NCBI GenBank assembly: GCA_026770705.1
Contig: JANJGN010000102.1
Span: 186,001-250,000, forward strand
Length of the DNA: 64,000 nucleotides
Origin: Isurus oxyrinchus
Taxonomy: Eukaryota
Direction of reading: 5' to 3'
In this document: piece by piece, positions 49,451 to 59,815 of the stretch
How the letters are laid out: each line of letters begins with the position of its first letter
Position numbering within the stretch: the stretch's first letter is position 1
The notes under the pieces: generated by a model
Told to the model about the DNA's origin: nothing
Databases searched by the model: none
What the model saw: only the letters and a program-made list of their open reading frames with translations
Program-made: the position numbers and the translations under genes

Positions 49451-50076
49451 GGGCAGAATTTTTCTGTCGGCGAGCTGGGGCGGGGCCCGCTTGCCGATGC
49501 GGGATGACGTCAGGGGGAACCCCCAACATCATCCAGCCCCATTTAAATCTTCAGGAAGACGGGGGGACAGGACGATCAGCTGTCCACCTGCCAACCTGTC
49601 AGTGGCCAATTGAGGCCATTGACAGGGTAGTTAAATCAATTAAAGGCGCTGCCCGTCCAACCTTATGGCTGGCGGGCAGGCCAGGAGCCCCAGTGGGCTT
49701 CTGAAAAAACATGAAACCTCATCCACTGGCGGGATGAGATTTCATGTCGGTTTTAAAAATCTTTAATAAAGTTTTGGTGATACTTATTAACATGTCCCAT
49801 CTTGTGTGATATTGTCACATGAGGGGGACATGTTAATAATTTTTCTACCTTTCTATTTTTACACTTTCAAAAACTTTCAGTGCTCTCCTTGAGGCAGCAC
49901 TTAGTCTCAGGGAGATGTGCGCTTTTTCACGCACATGCGCGAAAGTGTGCACTCTGACAGTTGGGGAATTCCCCCCCCAATTAAAATGGCGGCGGGGCCC
50001 GTTTCAGCAGCAGCAATTGGCTGCCTGCCGCTGAGCTGGTGGGGCCCGCCCGCCCATCAAGGGCAAAATTCCAACC
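49451..50076. mobile_element. Non-autonomous DNA transposon (MITE-like)
   Basis: Imperfect TIRs gggcagaatttt ... aaaattccaacc; closely similar to the copy at 60119-61171. Confidence 0.75.
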
Positions 50077-50809
50077 ACAGAATACCAAATTGCAAATAGT
50101 AGGAGTAAAAGTCAGTTGCTCACAATGTAGTGGCTTCCACACTGGGGGAACCAAATGCAGATCAGATGACCACCCTGTGGAACACCTTTGTTCAGTCCAC
50201 AAGTGTGACTCTGAGCTTCCTTTCGCCTGCCATCAGAATTCTGCACCCCCACTCCCACTTTGACCTTCCTGAACTAGGTCTTCTGGATTACTCTTCTTGC
50301 ATTTGAAAGTATCACACCTACAAAGATTATGTCACCTGTTCTACCCAATTGGCATAAGTACTCTTTACCTCTGAGGATTGTGAACATTCCATCCTTTAGT
50401 ATATTTAAGGCTGGAATAGGAAGTTTTTTGGTCTCTCAGGAGATCAAGGGATATGGGAAGCAGACTGGAGAGTGGAATTAAGGTACAAGATTCGCCATTA
50501 TCATATTGAATGGCAGAATAGGCTCAATGGGCTAAATGGTCGCCTCCTCTTATTTCTTATTTTCTTAGGAAGGCCATGGAAATTCCATGCTTGTGCTTTT
50601 AAAAGGGACAGAGCTGTCCAGGCACCACTCCACCATATTCCTAGCTTGCTTTCATCAAGTCCCAGGTGTTAGTTGTGTCTCAGTGGCAGCACTCTCGTGT
50701 CAGAGGGTTGTATGTCCAGTGTTGAGGGAGTGCTGCGCTATCGGAAGTGCCCTCTTTTGAAAGAGAAGTTAAACTGAAGCCCTTCTCCCCTTTCAGGTAC
50801 ATGTAAAAC

Positions 50810-51319
50810 AACTGGCATTTATATAGTGCATTTAATGTAGTCAAACATCGCCAAGGAGCTTCAATCAAAATTTGACCTCAAGCCACATGAGGAGACGTTA
50901 AGGACAGGTGACCAAAAACTTGGTAAAACAGATCAGTTTTTAAGGAGTGTCTTAAAGGAGGAGCGAGCAGATTCCAGGGGAGGGAACTCCAGCGCCTAGG
51001 GCCCCAGGCAGCTGAAGGCACAGCCGCCAATGGTCGAGCGATGGGAATTTGGGGGATGATCAAGAGCTGGAATTGGATGAGTGCAAAGATCTCAGAGGGC
51101 TGTAGGGGCTGGAGGAGTTTAGAGATAGGGAGGGTTGGAGGGTCTGGGGGAGGTCACAGAGATGGGAGGGTTGTAGGGGCTGGAGGAGGTTACAGAGATA
51201 GGGAAGATTGTAGGGGCTGTAGGAGGTTACAGACATAGGGAGAGTTGCAGCAGCTGGAAGAAGTTACAGAGACGGAGAGTTGTATGCGTTCGAGAGGTTT
51301 ACAGCGATAGGGAGGGTTG
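50810..51319 (-). mobile_element. L2 LINE 3' end with ~5-6 copies of the 38-bp unit
   Basis: Same L2 tail as at 4780-5140; ends abruptly at an LTR. Confidence 0.8.
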
Positions 51320-53233
51320 TGTTGCATGTGCCTGCATTGTGATGTAAAGGTTCTCAGTAGAGCAATGGCTAATGTGAGACTGGAGAATATCACTACCCAC
51401 ACTATGATGTATAGAGTCACATGGTAATAGACTGAGAGAACAGTCTAGAGAGAAACTCTAGAAGCAACCCACCTGCATGAGACAGCACCATGCATGACAG
51501 TAACCTGGGATCTGTAAATAGTTAGCAGTTAAGAACTAAGGGTTCATGGTTAAATACAACAAGTCTCAAGATTTCATTGTTGAGCCACCACAGCTGGCGC
51601 CATTACACAACATGGTGACCAGCAGTGATAACACAACAAGACTGGCAGCAGTGGTTGCTTCTATAAGATGTCAAATCAGCGATGATATGAATGGTGGCAT
51701 TTTAAATGATGGACTCAGAACAGTATCCGTAGGTATGAAAACTAAATGCAGCTGTAGCCAGAATAGAGGGATGTTCACCAAAGAAGAAAACTTGAAGAAG
51801 CTATAGACCTACAGACTTAGAGGTTGAGGAATCCACCAGAGTGAGTGGAAGTCCATTGCAAGACCCCAAGTGATGCAGAGTAAAAAAGAAAAAACCTGGT
51901 TAAATTACAAAGACGGTGAGCAACACTACAATAAATTGCAAGACCCTGAGTAATGCTGAATCAAGATACTTAGTTAAATCACAAGGCAGTGTGCAGAACT
52001 ACAAAAATTGCAAGTCCCTGAGCGACCTAGGTTCAATGGGCCTGGTTTGTTCACAAAATGGTGAGCAAAAATACACAAAAGAAACTACTTACAAAATAGA
52101 ATAGGTGGCAGTCCCATGGCTCAGCATATCCATAGAGAAGCTGGAAGACAGCTGCAAGCTTAAGAAAAAACCTGCAGAAAAGAAACTTCAGAATAAAGAG
52201 AGAAAACTGCAGAGCACAGTTTAAAAAAAAAGAGTTTGCAGAGTTTTTAAAAAATTACTGCTGTTCTGAATATTTTTTTAAAATGGCAAGCAGAGCAAAT
52301 GGAAAGAAGCGCTGTAGCTTTAAGTTAACAAAAAAGCGTGCCTGTTGAAACACCCTAAGCACAAAGTTGAATGGATCTGCAGAGTTAAAAAAATTAAGTT
52401 TTCAGAAAGAATCACCCAGAAAAGAAATGCTGCTATTTTGAAGTTTTTAAAGTTTAGAAAAAGAAGGTCCACGATTGCTGGGGAGCTGATCAAAACCTGA
52501 AAGGTGTGGGTAGCTCACAACAAGGAAAACCGACAGCTGGAGACAGGCTATGGTGAAAAAAATTGGTTACTGCATTGACACACTTAAAGTGGCAACGGCA
52601 CTTAAAGCAGTAACTGCAAGCAAAAACAAACAGCCATGAGCTGAAAATTAGAAGAACCAGGCGCTTTTTGGTTAAGCAAATGGCAACACCAGACATAAGA
52701 GTGGTCTATCACACCCCCAATAAAGCGCTGAAGGGGACAAAAATCCCAGAGAGAAGGCAACATGAGATCCCAGAGAGAGAGTAACTCCCAATAAAGCGCT
52801 GAGGGCAACAAGAGATCCCAGAGAGAGGGCAACAAAAGACCCCAGAGCGAGGAAGCCAAATGTCCCCAGAGGGAGGGGAAGAAAAGACCCCAGAGCGAGA
52901 GAGACAGAAGTCCCCAGAGCAAGAAAGACGTAACCGCAAGATGGCTACCGACCATGCCAGTGCAATGAAATGCATGAGGAGAAGAGTTTAGCACATAAGA
53001 AAATGTCTGAGAAGCAGCCAAAAGGCTCAAAAACAGCATTTCTTGAAAATGCTGACACACTACCAAAACTGCAACAGCAGGCGGTGAAAAGTGCACAGAT
53101 GTCTGAGTGAAGGAAAGCTACCTGAGCTAACTCATAAGAAGCAAAATGTGCAAAAAGTAAATGAACCTTTTCTACAGGAAAATGTTCGCATCAGAGCTGT
53201 ACTGGAAGACTTGAAGCTTCAAGCTGAGTCAAT
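51320..53233 (+). mobile_element. Degenerate LTR element (5' LTR 51320-51612, PBS, internal region; 3' LTR missing)
   Basis: tgttg...caaca termini followed by tggtgacc; the internal 3' part is similar to 44660-44870 of the other LTR element. Confidence 0.65.
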
Positions 53234-53234
53234 G

Positions 53235-53503
53235 AGATAAAAACAAAAAACTGCGGATGCTGGAAATCCAAAACAAAATCAGAATTACCTGGAAAAACTC
53301 AGCAGGTCTGGCAGCATCGGCGGAGAAGAAAAGAGTTGACGTTTCGAGTCCTCATGACCCTTCGACAGAACTTGATTTCGAGTCCAAGAAAGAGTTGAAA
53401 TATAAGCTGGTTTAAGGTGTGTGTGTGGGGGGCGGAGAGATAGAGAGAGAGGGGGCGGGGGGTGTGTGGTTGTGTGGACAAACAAGCAGTGATAGAAGCA
53501 GAT
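53235..53503 (-). mobile_element. Penelope terminal fragment
   Basis: Near-identical to 37380-37614. Confidence 0.9.
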
Positions 53504-54043
53504 TTCTCTCTCTCTCTTTGGTAGTCCCTCAAAGCGGGACGGACACTTGCCATTGAACACATCTCGTTGCAAAAGGGCATGGAGTCTTTTAATGGGCCGA
53601 GGATGCAGCATTGCAGCTATTGCAAGGTGATCATCCGAATTAGAAAGATTTACGATTGTACAGTGTCTTAGAATGATCTGAGAGTGTTTAATATAGAGTG
53701 AATTATTTAAAGTGAAGCGAGTGTCAAAAGCAGCAGCCATTTTGCACTCAGGAAGCAGGGATGGGATAACAACAATTTATACAGCATGCTGATTGGTCGA
53801 CAAGTGAATTCTGGTTGGTGGAGGCGTTGCCATGGAGAATGCAGCATGGAACAGTTAACTGCCAAGCTTTGTTCAAATTCAAACTGGGCAGGTGGATTCT
53901 GATTGGTCAAGGCATTGCCCTGGTGAATGAACCAGGGAATGCCTTTTGTTTAGATGAACAAGGCACAATGTGTGGACATGCTCATTTTCAAACACATTCT
54001 TATTCTTGTCAAATGCAGTCCATGGTGACAACATCTAACATAC

Positions 54044-54325
54044 CTAATAAAACAGTAAGCGGTTTATCGAGACTCATATGATCTACTTGGCAGCTGTAGG
54101 TGTCTCCATTCTGTGGATCAATCCTGATGTATTTTAAGATGTTAAATATCCAGTCCGTCTCAACCATTAATTGTGATGAATTGACCGGCCCAGTGAATGA
54201 CCTCCCATTGATCAAGAAGATAATGTCAGTTTCGAAAGGGTAAAATTTTTCTGCGTAACAGAACAGAGTGTTTGACTCTCGTGGGGTGTAGTTTTCCTTG
54301 GTGTAAATGTGTACAACTGGCTTTT
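54044..54325 (-). CDS. WA: WA alpha2 Ig-C1 domain exon (282 nt, open frame), beta2-microglobulin-like
   Basis: KPVVHIYTKENYTPRESNTLFCYAEKFYPFETDIIFLINGRSFTGPVNSSQLMVETDWIFNILKYIRIDPQNGDTYSCQVDHMSLDKPLTVLL; C1-set motifs LxCxxxxFYP and YxCxVxH; donor G|gtatgt. Confidence 0.92.
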
Positions 54326-54449
54326 CAGTAACAGAAATAGTGAAAAACTGTAGCAACAACATGCATCCCTACTTTCACATAACATGTATTTTAAAAGACC
54401 CTGATATAACAGTGGCATTACTACTCATATTTAATCATTTGTTTGAGAA

Positions 54450-55730
54450 AGATGTAGTGTCAGATGACAGGCTCATGTCATACCGATATTTAAGAAGGGG
54501 AACAACACGTCCAGGGAATTATAGACTAGTCATCGGTGGTGCGAAAAGTAATGGTATCATTCCTAAAGGAGAGAATAGAAAAAGCACCTAGAAATGAGAA
54601 ATATAAAAATGAATAGCATAGCTTTCAAAAGGGAAAATCTTGCTTGAATTTTTTTGAGAAGTTAACAGAGAAAGTAGACGATCGTAATGTAGTAGATGTA
54701 ATTTATCTGGATTTTCAAAAGGCCTTCGATAAGGTGCCCCATAATAGACTGATGAATGAGGTCAGAGAATGTGGATCGGGGGACAAGTGGCAGAATGGAT
54801 TGCTAAATGGCTTCAAAAGGCAGAGAATGGGAATAAAGGGTAGTTATTCAGAGTGGCAGAAGGCAGGAAGTGGTGTTCCACAAGGATCAGTGCTGGGATC
54901 ACTGCTGTTCACAATTTACGTTAATGATTTAAACTTTGGAATCAAAAACACATTAAATTTGCAGGTGACACCAAATTGGGAAGATAGCCAATACAGAGAG
55001 GATTGCAACAAATTACAAGAGGACATTAATAAACTTGCAGAAGGGGCAAAAAACAGAAATAAATGTGAGGAGGTACATTTTGGTAGGAAGAATAGGGATG
55101 TCACATTACTTGCAAGGTACAAGTCTAGGTGAGGTAGAGGAACCATAAGACCATAAGACATAGGAGCAGAAATTAGGCCAATCGGTCCATCGAGTCTGCT
55201 CCACCATTCAATCATGGCTGATAAGTTTCTCAACCCCATTCTCCCACCTTCTCCCCATAACCTTTGATCCCCTTACCAATCAAGAACCTATCTATCTCAG
55301 TCTTAAATACACTCAATGACCTGGCCTCCACAGCCTTCTGTGGCAATGAATTCCTTGGATTCACCACTCTCTGGCTAAAGAAGTTTCTCCTCATCTCTGT
55401 TCTAAAAGGTCTTCCCTTTACTCTGAGGCTGTGCCCTCGGGTCCTAGTCTCTCCTACTAATGGAAACATCTTCCCCACGTCCACTCTGTCCAGGCCTTTC
55501 AGTATTCTGTAAGTTTCAATCAGGAACAAAGGGACCTCAGAGTATCAATACATCTATCATTAAAAAATACAGCAGAGGTTAGCAACACCATAAAAATAAA
55601 GCAAAATCAAGCACTGGGTTTTACTTCTAGAAGGATTGAATTGAAAAGTAGAGAATTTATGCTCAATCCTTATTAAACCTTGGAGTGACCATATTTAAGA
55701 GGATTGCATGCGGTTCTAGTTGCCATGACA
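54450..55730 (+). mobile_element. CR1 RT fragment in WA intron 2, with a nested minus-strand CR1 3' end (~55144-55521)
   Basis: VDVIYLDFQKAFDKVPH...SGVPQGSVLG.LLFTIYVNDL; aggaac is repeated on both sides of the nested copy. Confidence 0.88.
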
Positions 55731-56589
55731 TAGTGGTATTGTAACTGGATAGTATTCCAGAGGCCCAGGGTAATGCTCTAGGGACCTGGGTTTAAATCCC
55801 ACCATGGCAGCTGGTGGAATTTGAACTCAATAATAATCTGGAATTAAAAGTCAAATGATGACCATGAAACCATTGCCAATTGTGGTTAAAAACCCATCTG
55901 GTTCACTAATGGGAAGGAAATCTGTCACCCTTACCTGGCCTGGCCTACATGTGACTCCAGATCCACAGCAATGGGGCTGACTCTTAAATGCCCTCTGAAC
56001 AAGGGCAATTAGGGATGGGCAATAAATGCTGGCCCAGGCAGTGATGCCCACATCCTATGAATGGATATGAAATAACAAGAGGCAGAAAACACTGATGGGG
56101 GCAGTTTAGAAGCCCCCCTATTATTAGCCAAACTGTTGGGTAAAATATTATTCAAACTTGTAACAAAGGTAATGCAATACTCCTGGGGAACTTTAATCCT
56201 CATACAAGCTGGACAAATCAAATGAACTAAAGTAGTAGAGAACAAATTCATGGAATTGAGACAATTTCTGGAAAAAAAATAGACCATGGACCTAACCAGG
56301 GAAGCAGCTTTTTAGGTCTTCTTTTGTGTGAAATCAGGTTAATTAACAACCTCAATCTCTGATCCTGTGGAGCAGAGTGACCATAATATGAATTTCACAC
56401 TGAGTTTGAGAATGGCCTACTTAAGTCGGAAACTGGAGTATTGAACTTAAATAATGTATGAGGGGTGAGATGGCTAAGGTTGATTTGAATAAAAAATGCT
56501 CTCTGTCACTGAATGTGAGTGCACTAACTTTAGTGCTCATGCAACGTCGCTGCAAGTAGTTTTGTTTAAACTGTAAATGAGTGACTTAC

Positions 56590-56862
56590 TGTGGATGATG
56601 CTTTTAGCATTTGTCAGCTTTATAATTTCTTCAGTGATGGTTTGCAGTCGAGTGTTGAACCCACGAGCTCTCTCTGTATAATAAGTCACTTCTTCTTGGC
56701 CCAGTTCCTTTATCCCATCTGTCACATTCCCATTTAAAACAAACATTTGTGCTCCATAATCATAGAACAAAAAGGGAATGGAATTTATATTGAAGGTGTC
56801 TACATTTCTTTTTGAATCCGGCGTATAGCTGTAGTACAACCTTGCAGAAACAGATTCAACTT
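56590..56862 (-). CDS. WA: WA alpha1 domain exon (273 nt, open frame)
   Basis: EVESVSARLYYSYTPDSKRNVDTFNINSIPFLFYDYGAQMFVLNGNVTDGIKELGQEEVTYYTERARGFNTRLQTITEEIIKLTNAKSIIH; ttttctctgtctag| ... |gtaagt. MHC-domain size, strand-then-helix pattern, no Cys. Confidence 0.85.
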
Positions 56863-57494
56863 CTAGACAGAGAAAACAGCAGGCAAATCACAAAATGAAA
56901 TTAGACATTTGCATTTATATCGCACCTTATCATGTCTCTCCAAAGCATGGCTAAAGCCTTCATGCATATGGCAGTGACTGTTTATTGTATAAATATATAT
57001 GGCAGCCATTTTGTACCCAGTTCGATCCCACAAACAGCAGTAAATAGAATGGCCAATTCATCCATTTTGTGGTCTTGTTGCATGAAGGAGGAATGTTAGC
57101 CAGTACATCAGAGGGCCTCCCTGTTCCATTTCCTCTGGTGCCATGGGATCTTTAGTATTGATCTGAACAAGTGAACAGCACCTGAACTTAACATTTGATC
57201 TTGTCAGCTCTGACAATGCGGCAACCCCTCAATGTTTGACTGTCGGCCTAAACTATGAACCCCAGTCAGGGTATGAGTCTTAAATCCACAACCTGTGACT
57301 GAGTGAAATCATTGTACAATTTACCCTCTGTAGATCTGAGACATCGCTGAGAGACTGAAGCACTCAACATACAGCAAGTCCGATTGTAAGCAAAGAACTA
57401 TTGTTAAAATGTTAGATTGGAACACTTTTTTGAAATAAATGTTTTAATAAATTCAAGTAAATTAACTCTAAGATTACAATCATGAGACTCTCAC

Positions 57495-57582
57495 CCGTGG
57501 AGGCTGAATTCAGCAGCTCATACTCAGTGAGATATAAACAGACAATGGGATAAGGTTACAAAACTAGAATTTTCATTCCCAT
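57495..57582 (-). pseudogene. WA: WA leader exon with a premature stop
   Basis: MGMKILVL*PYPIVCLYLTEYELLNSAST(E), 88 nt; donor G|gtgaga whose phase matches exon 2. Confidence 0.7.
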
Positions 57583-59733
57583 TTCTTCATCCACCTGTTC
57601 CCTTTCAAATTTAAAACAATTTGGAGGATCTCTGAGTGTAGACTTTCCCATGGATAAGGGCTGGCTTGGAACTCAAACCCCACCCACCCCATACTGTGAA
57701 AGCAAACTGCACTGATGTAACTTGGATCTTACTTGGTGTAATTTTACTTGGACTCAAGAGCTCAAGAGGGGAGCAGCTCAGAGACTGGACTAGAAAAGTA
57801 CAAGACCAATTCTGGGATCCAAACACTCCACAGCAAGGGCTCAGGTTCCAAGCCCCCCCCCTCCCCAGTGTGTACACACAATACACTCACCAATCTCTGC
57901 CCATGTTACTGTTGTCAGTGAAGCGATGATTATTAGGGAGCTACAGAGTTCCATGTTGCTGAATGACCGTTTGTATCTCCAGGAGCTCTCAGGCAATGTG
58001 AATGGGGACCGAGTGTAACTCAGCACGTTGATTGATGAAGATTCAACTGCGCTGTGATTCAATGATGTAACTCAATCTTACCACCCAAACACATCATTGG
58101 AGTCTTATTTCGCAATCCTGTCATCCTAACAGCTTTAATTACTATCTTTATTCATCTATCATTTGGACTCAGTTCAGTAGTTGAACTAGTTGTTCAGGAA
58201 ACAGTTTGAATACATTTACCTGCGTAACAAACAGCATTCCTAGAGGCATGTTTAGCATTACAAAATTCCTGTGGGGTTTGGAGTGGGAGGAAGTGCATTC
58301 GTGGGGTGGGGTTAGAGTGAGAGATGAGTCGGTTATAGGGGGAGGGTATGGCGGATTTGAGCGTCCATCAAGAGAGCATGGAAAGAGATGGGATAATGGA
58401 AAACAAGGCAAATGAGCTGGTTTTGGGGAAGCTTTTAAAGAGGAATGAAAGACACCAAGATGGAGAGAATTCCAAAGTGTGGGAGCTCGGTGGGTGAGTG
58501 AATGGAGAGGCTAGAGAATGAGAAGAGTGGACAGCCAGCCTCTCCAGATGAACGGGATCCCAGGCTGGAACAGATGGGAGAGGTAGAGGGGCTTGCAGCA
58601 ACTGGAGAAATGATTTTCCTACTTTTTTTTATCTAGTTGACCATTGCAGCTACTCAGTCAGACTCCGATGTTTTGAATGTCATATCTTTTGGCACTTTTC
58701 AATCTGGAGTTTGCAGCTAAACTGTGCAGCTTCTCATCACAGAACACTGCTGAATTTCTGTTCCTTGTCCCCACCAGTCGGGGTATTGGCTTCTGGGGTT
58801 GCCTGGAACACATTGGCAAGAATCCCAGTGCCCAGTGATGGTTCTACCCCTCCAGTCCTCATCAATGAGCCTGACTGGTTGGGCAGTCACCATGGCGTCC
58901 TGGAATAGATACAATATATCAGATATCAGATTAATAACTCTGCCCCAGAGGGCTGACTCCAATCTTCCATTATGAGACATAGTATCTTGGGAACCAATTA
59001 GATCGCAAAGAGACTCCACTATTCATTCAGTTAGATTTAGCATCAATAAATGCAAAAATCAGGTTTGTTTTAATACTTTTTTCTCCCCACCCCACTGTCT
59101 TTCCAGTGGAATCCCCGAATGGGATGCGCATACGTGCTGGCCACCTTAACTTCTTCGACAGCACCTTCCAAACCCGTAATCTCTGCCATCTAGAAGGACA
59201 AGGGCAGCAGACACATGGGAACACCGCCACCTGGAAGTTTCCCTCCAAATCACACACCATCCTGATTTGGAACTATGTCACTGTTCCTTCACTGTTGCTG
59301 GGTCAAAATCCTGGAACACCTTCCCTAACAGCACTGTGGATGCACCTACACCATGTGGACTGCAGCGGCTCAAGAAGGCGGCTCACCACCACCATCACCT
59401 GAAAATATGTCCCAGGATTGACACACACAGCACATCAAAGGGTATCTGCCAGTCAGTATTTATGATGAGGCCATCCCTTTAAGGGAAACCATCCCTTTAA
59501 TGGAAGTTTTGTAAGGCTAAGATATTTGTCTGTCAAAGTGACATTGCCAAAAAGCTCACAGGTGTAATCAGTGTGTGTTTCTGTGACCGAGGAGCTTTAG
59601 TGGGTGGAGCCAGAAACTACAATAGAGTTGTTTGTGTCGGAGGAACTCAAAGCAAGTTTTAATGAACTCCTCTCCTTAATCAGTCTCATCTTTACTCCAG
59701 CCTTGCTCAGAAATCATTCGCCTTCCTTTCAAG
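57583..59733. promoter_or_regulatory. Shared divergent promoter region between WA and WB
   Basis: Lies between two oppositely oriented leader exons; contains a LINE/SINE-tail fragment at ~59140-59400. Confidence 0.65.
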
Positions 59734-59815
59734 ATGCCAGTTTTCTACAGATGGATCTTTGTGGCTGTTACTGCAGCAGTTGTCTCTATTCTGGATGAGG
59801 TGGATGGTTCGAGTG
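59734..59815 (+). CDS. WB: WB leader exon (82 nt)
   Basis: MPVFYRWIFVAVTAAVVSILDEVDGSS(D); aagATG context; donor G|gtaatt. Confidence 0.8.

Larger units (their letters stand above)
54044..57582 (-). pseudogene. WA: MHC W-category alpha-chain (WA)-like gene, probably non-functional: join(57582-57495, 56862-56590, 54325-54044)
   Basis: Leader, alpha1 and Ig-C1 exons all in phase 1. In-frame TAA at 57558-57556, non-canonical TG acceptor at 54327-54326, and no intact TM exon found. Confidence 0.8.

Noticed and set aside
51190-51420. Hydrophobic ORF MTLYIIVWVVIFSSLTLAIALL as a TM segment
   Set aside because: Lies inside an LTR and L2 repeat, with no suitable acceptor or glycine pattern.
54044-54325. 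Calling the Ig-C1 exon B2M, or the pair classical class II A/B
   Set aside because: An MHC alpha1-sized exon lies between the leader and the Ig exon, so it is not B2M. The b2m-type Trp, the missing core Trp and GYDG in beta1 argue against classical class II.
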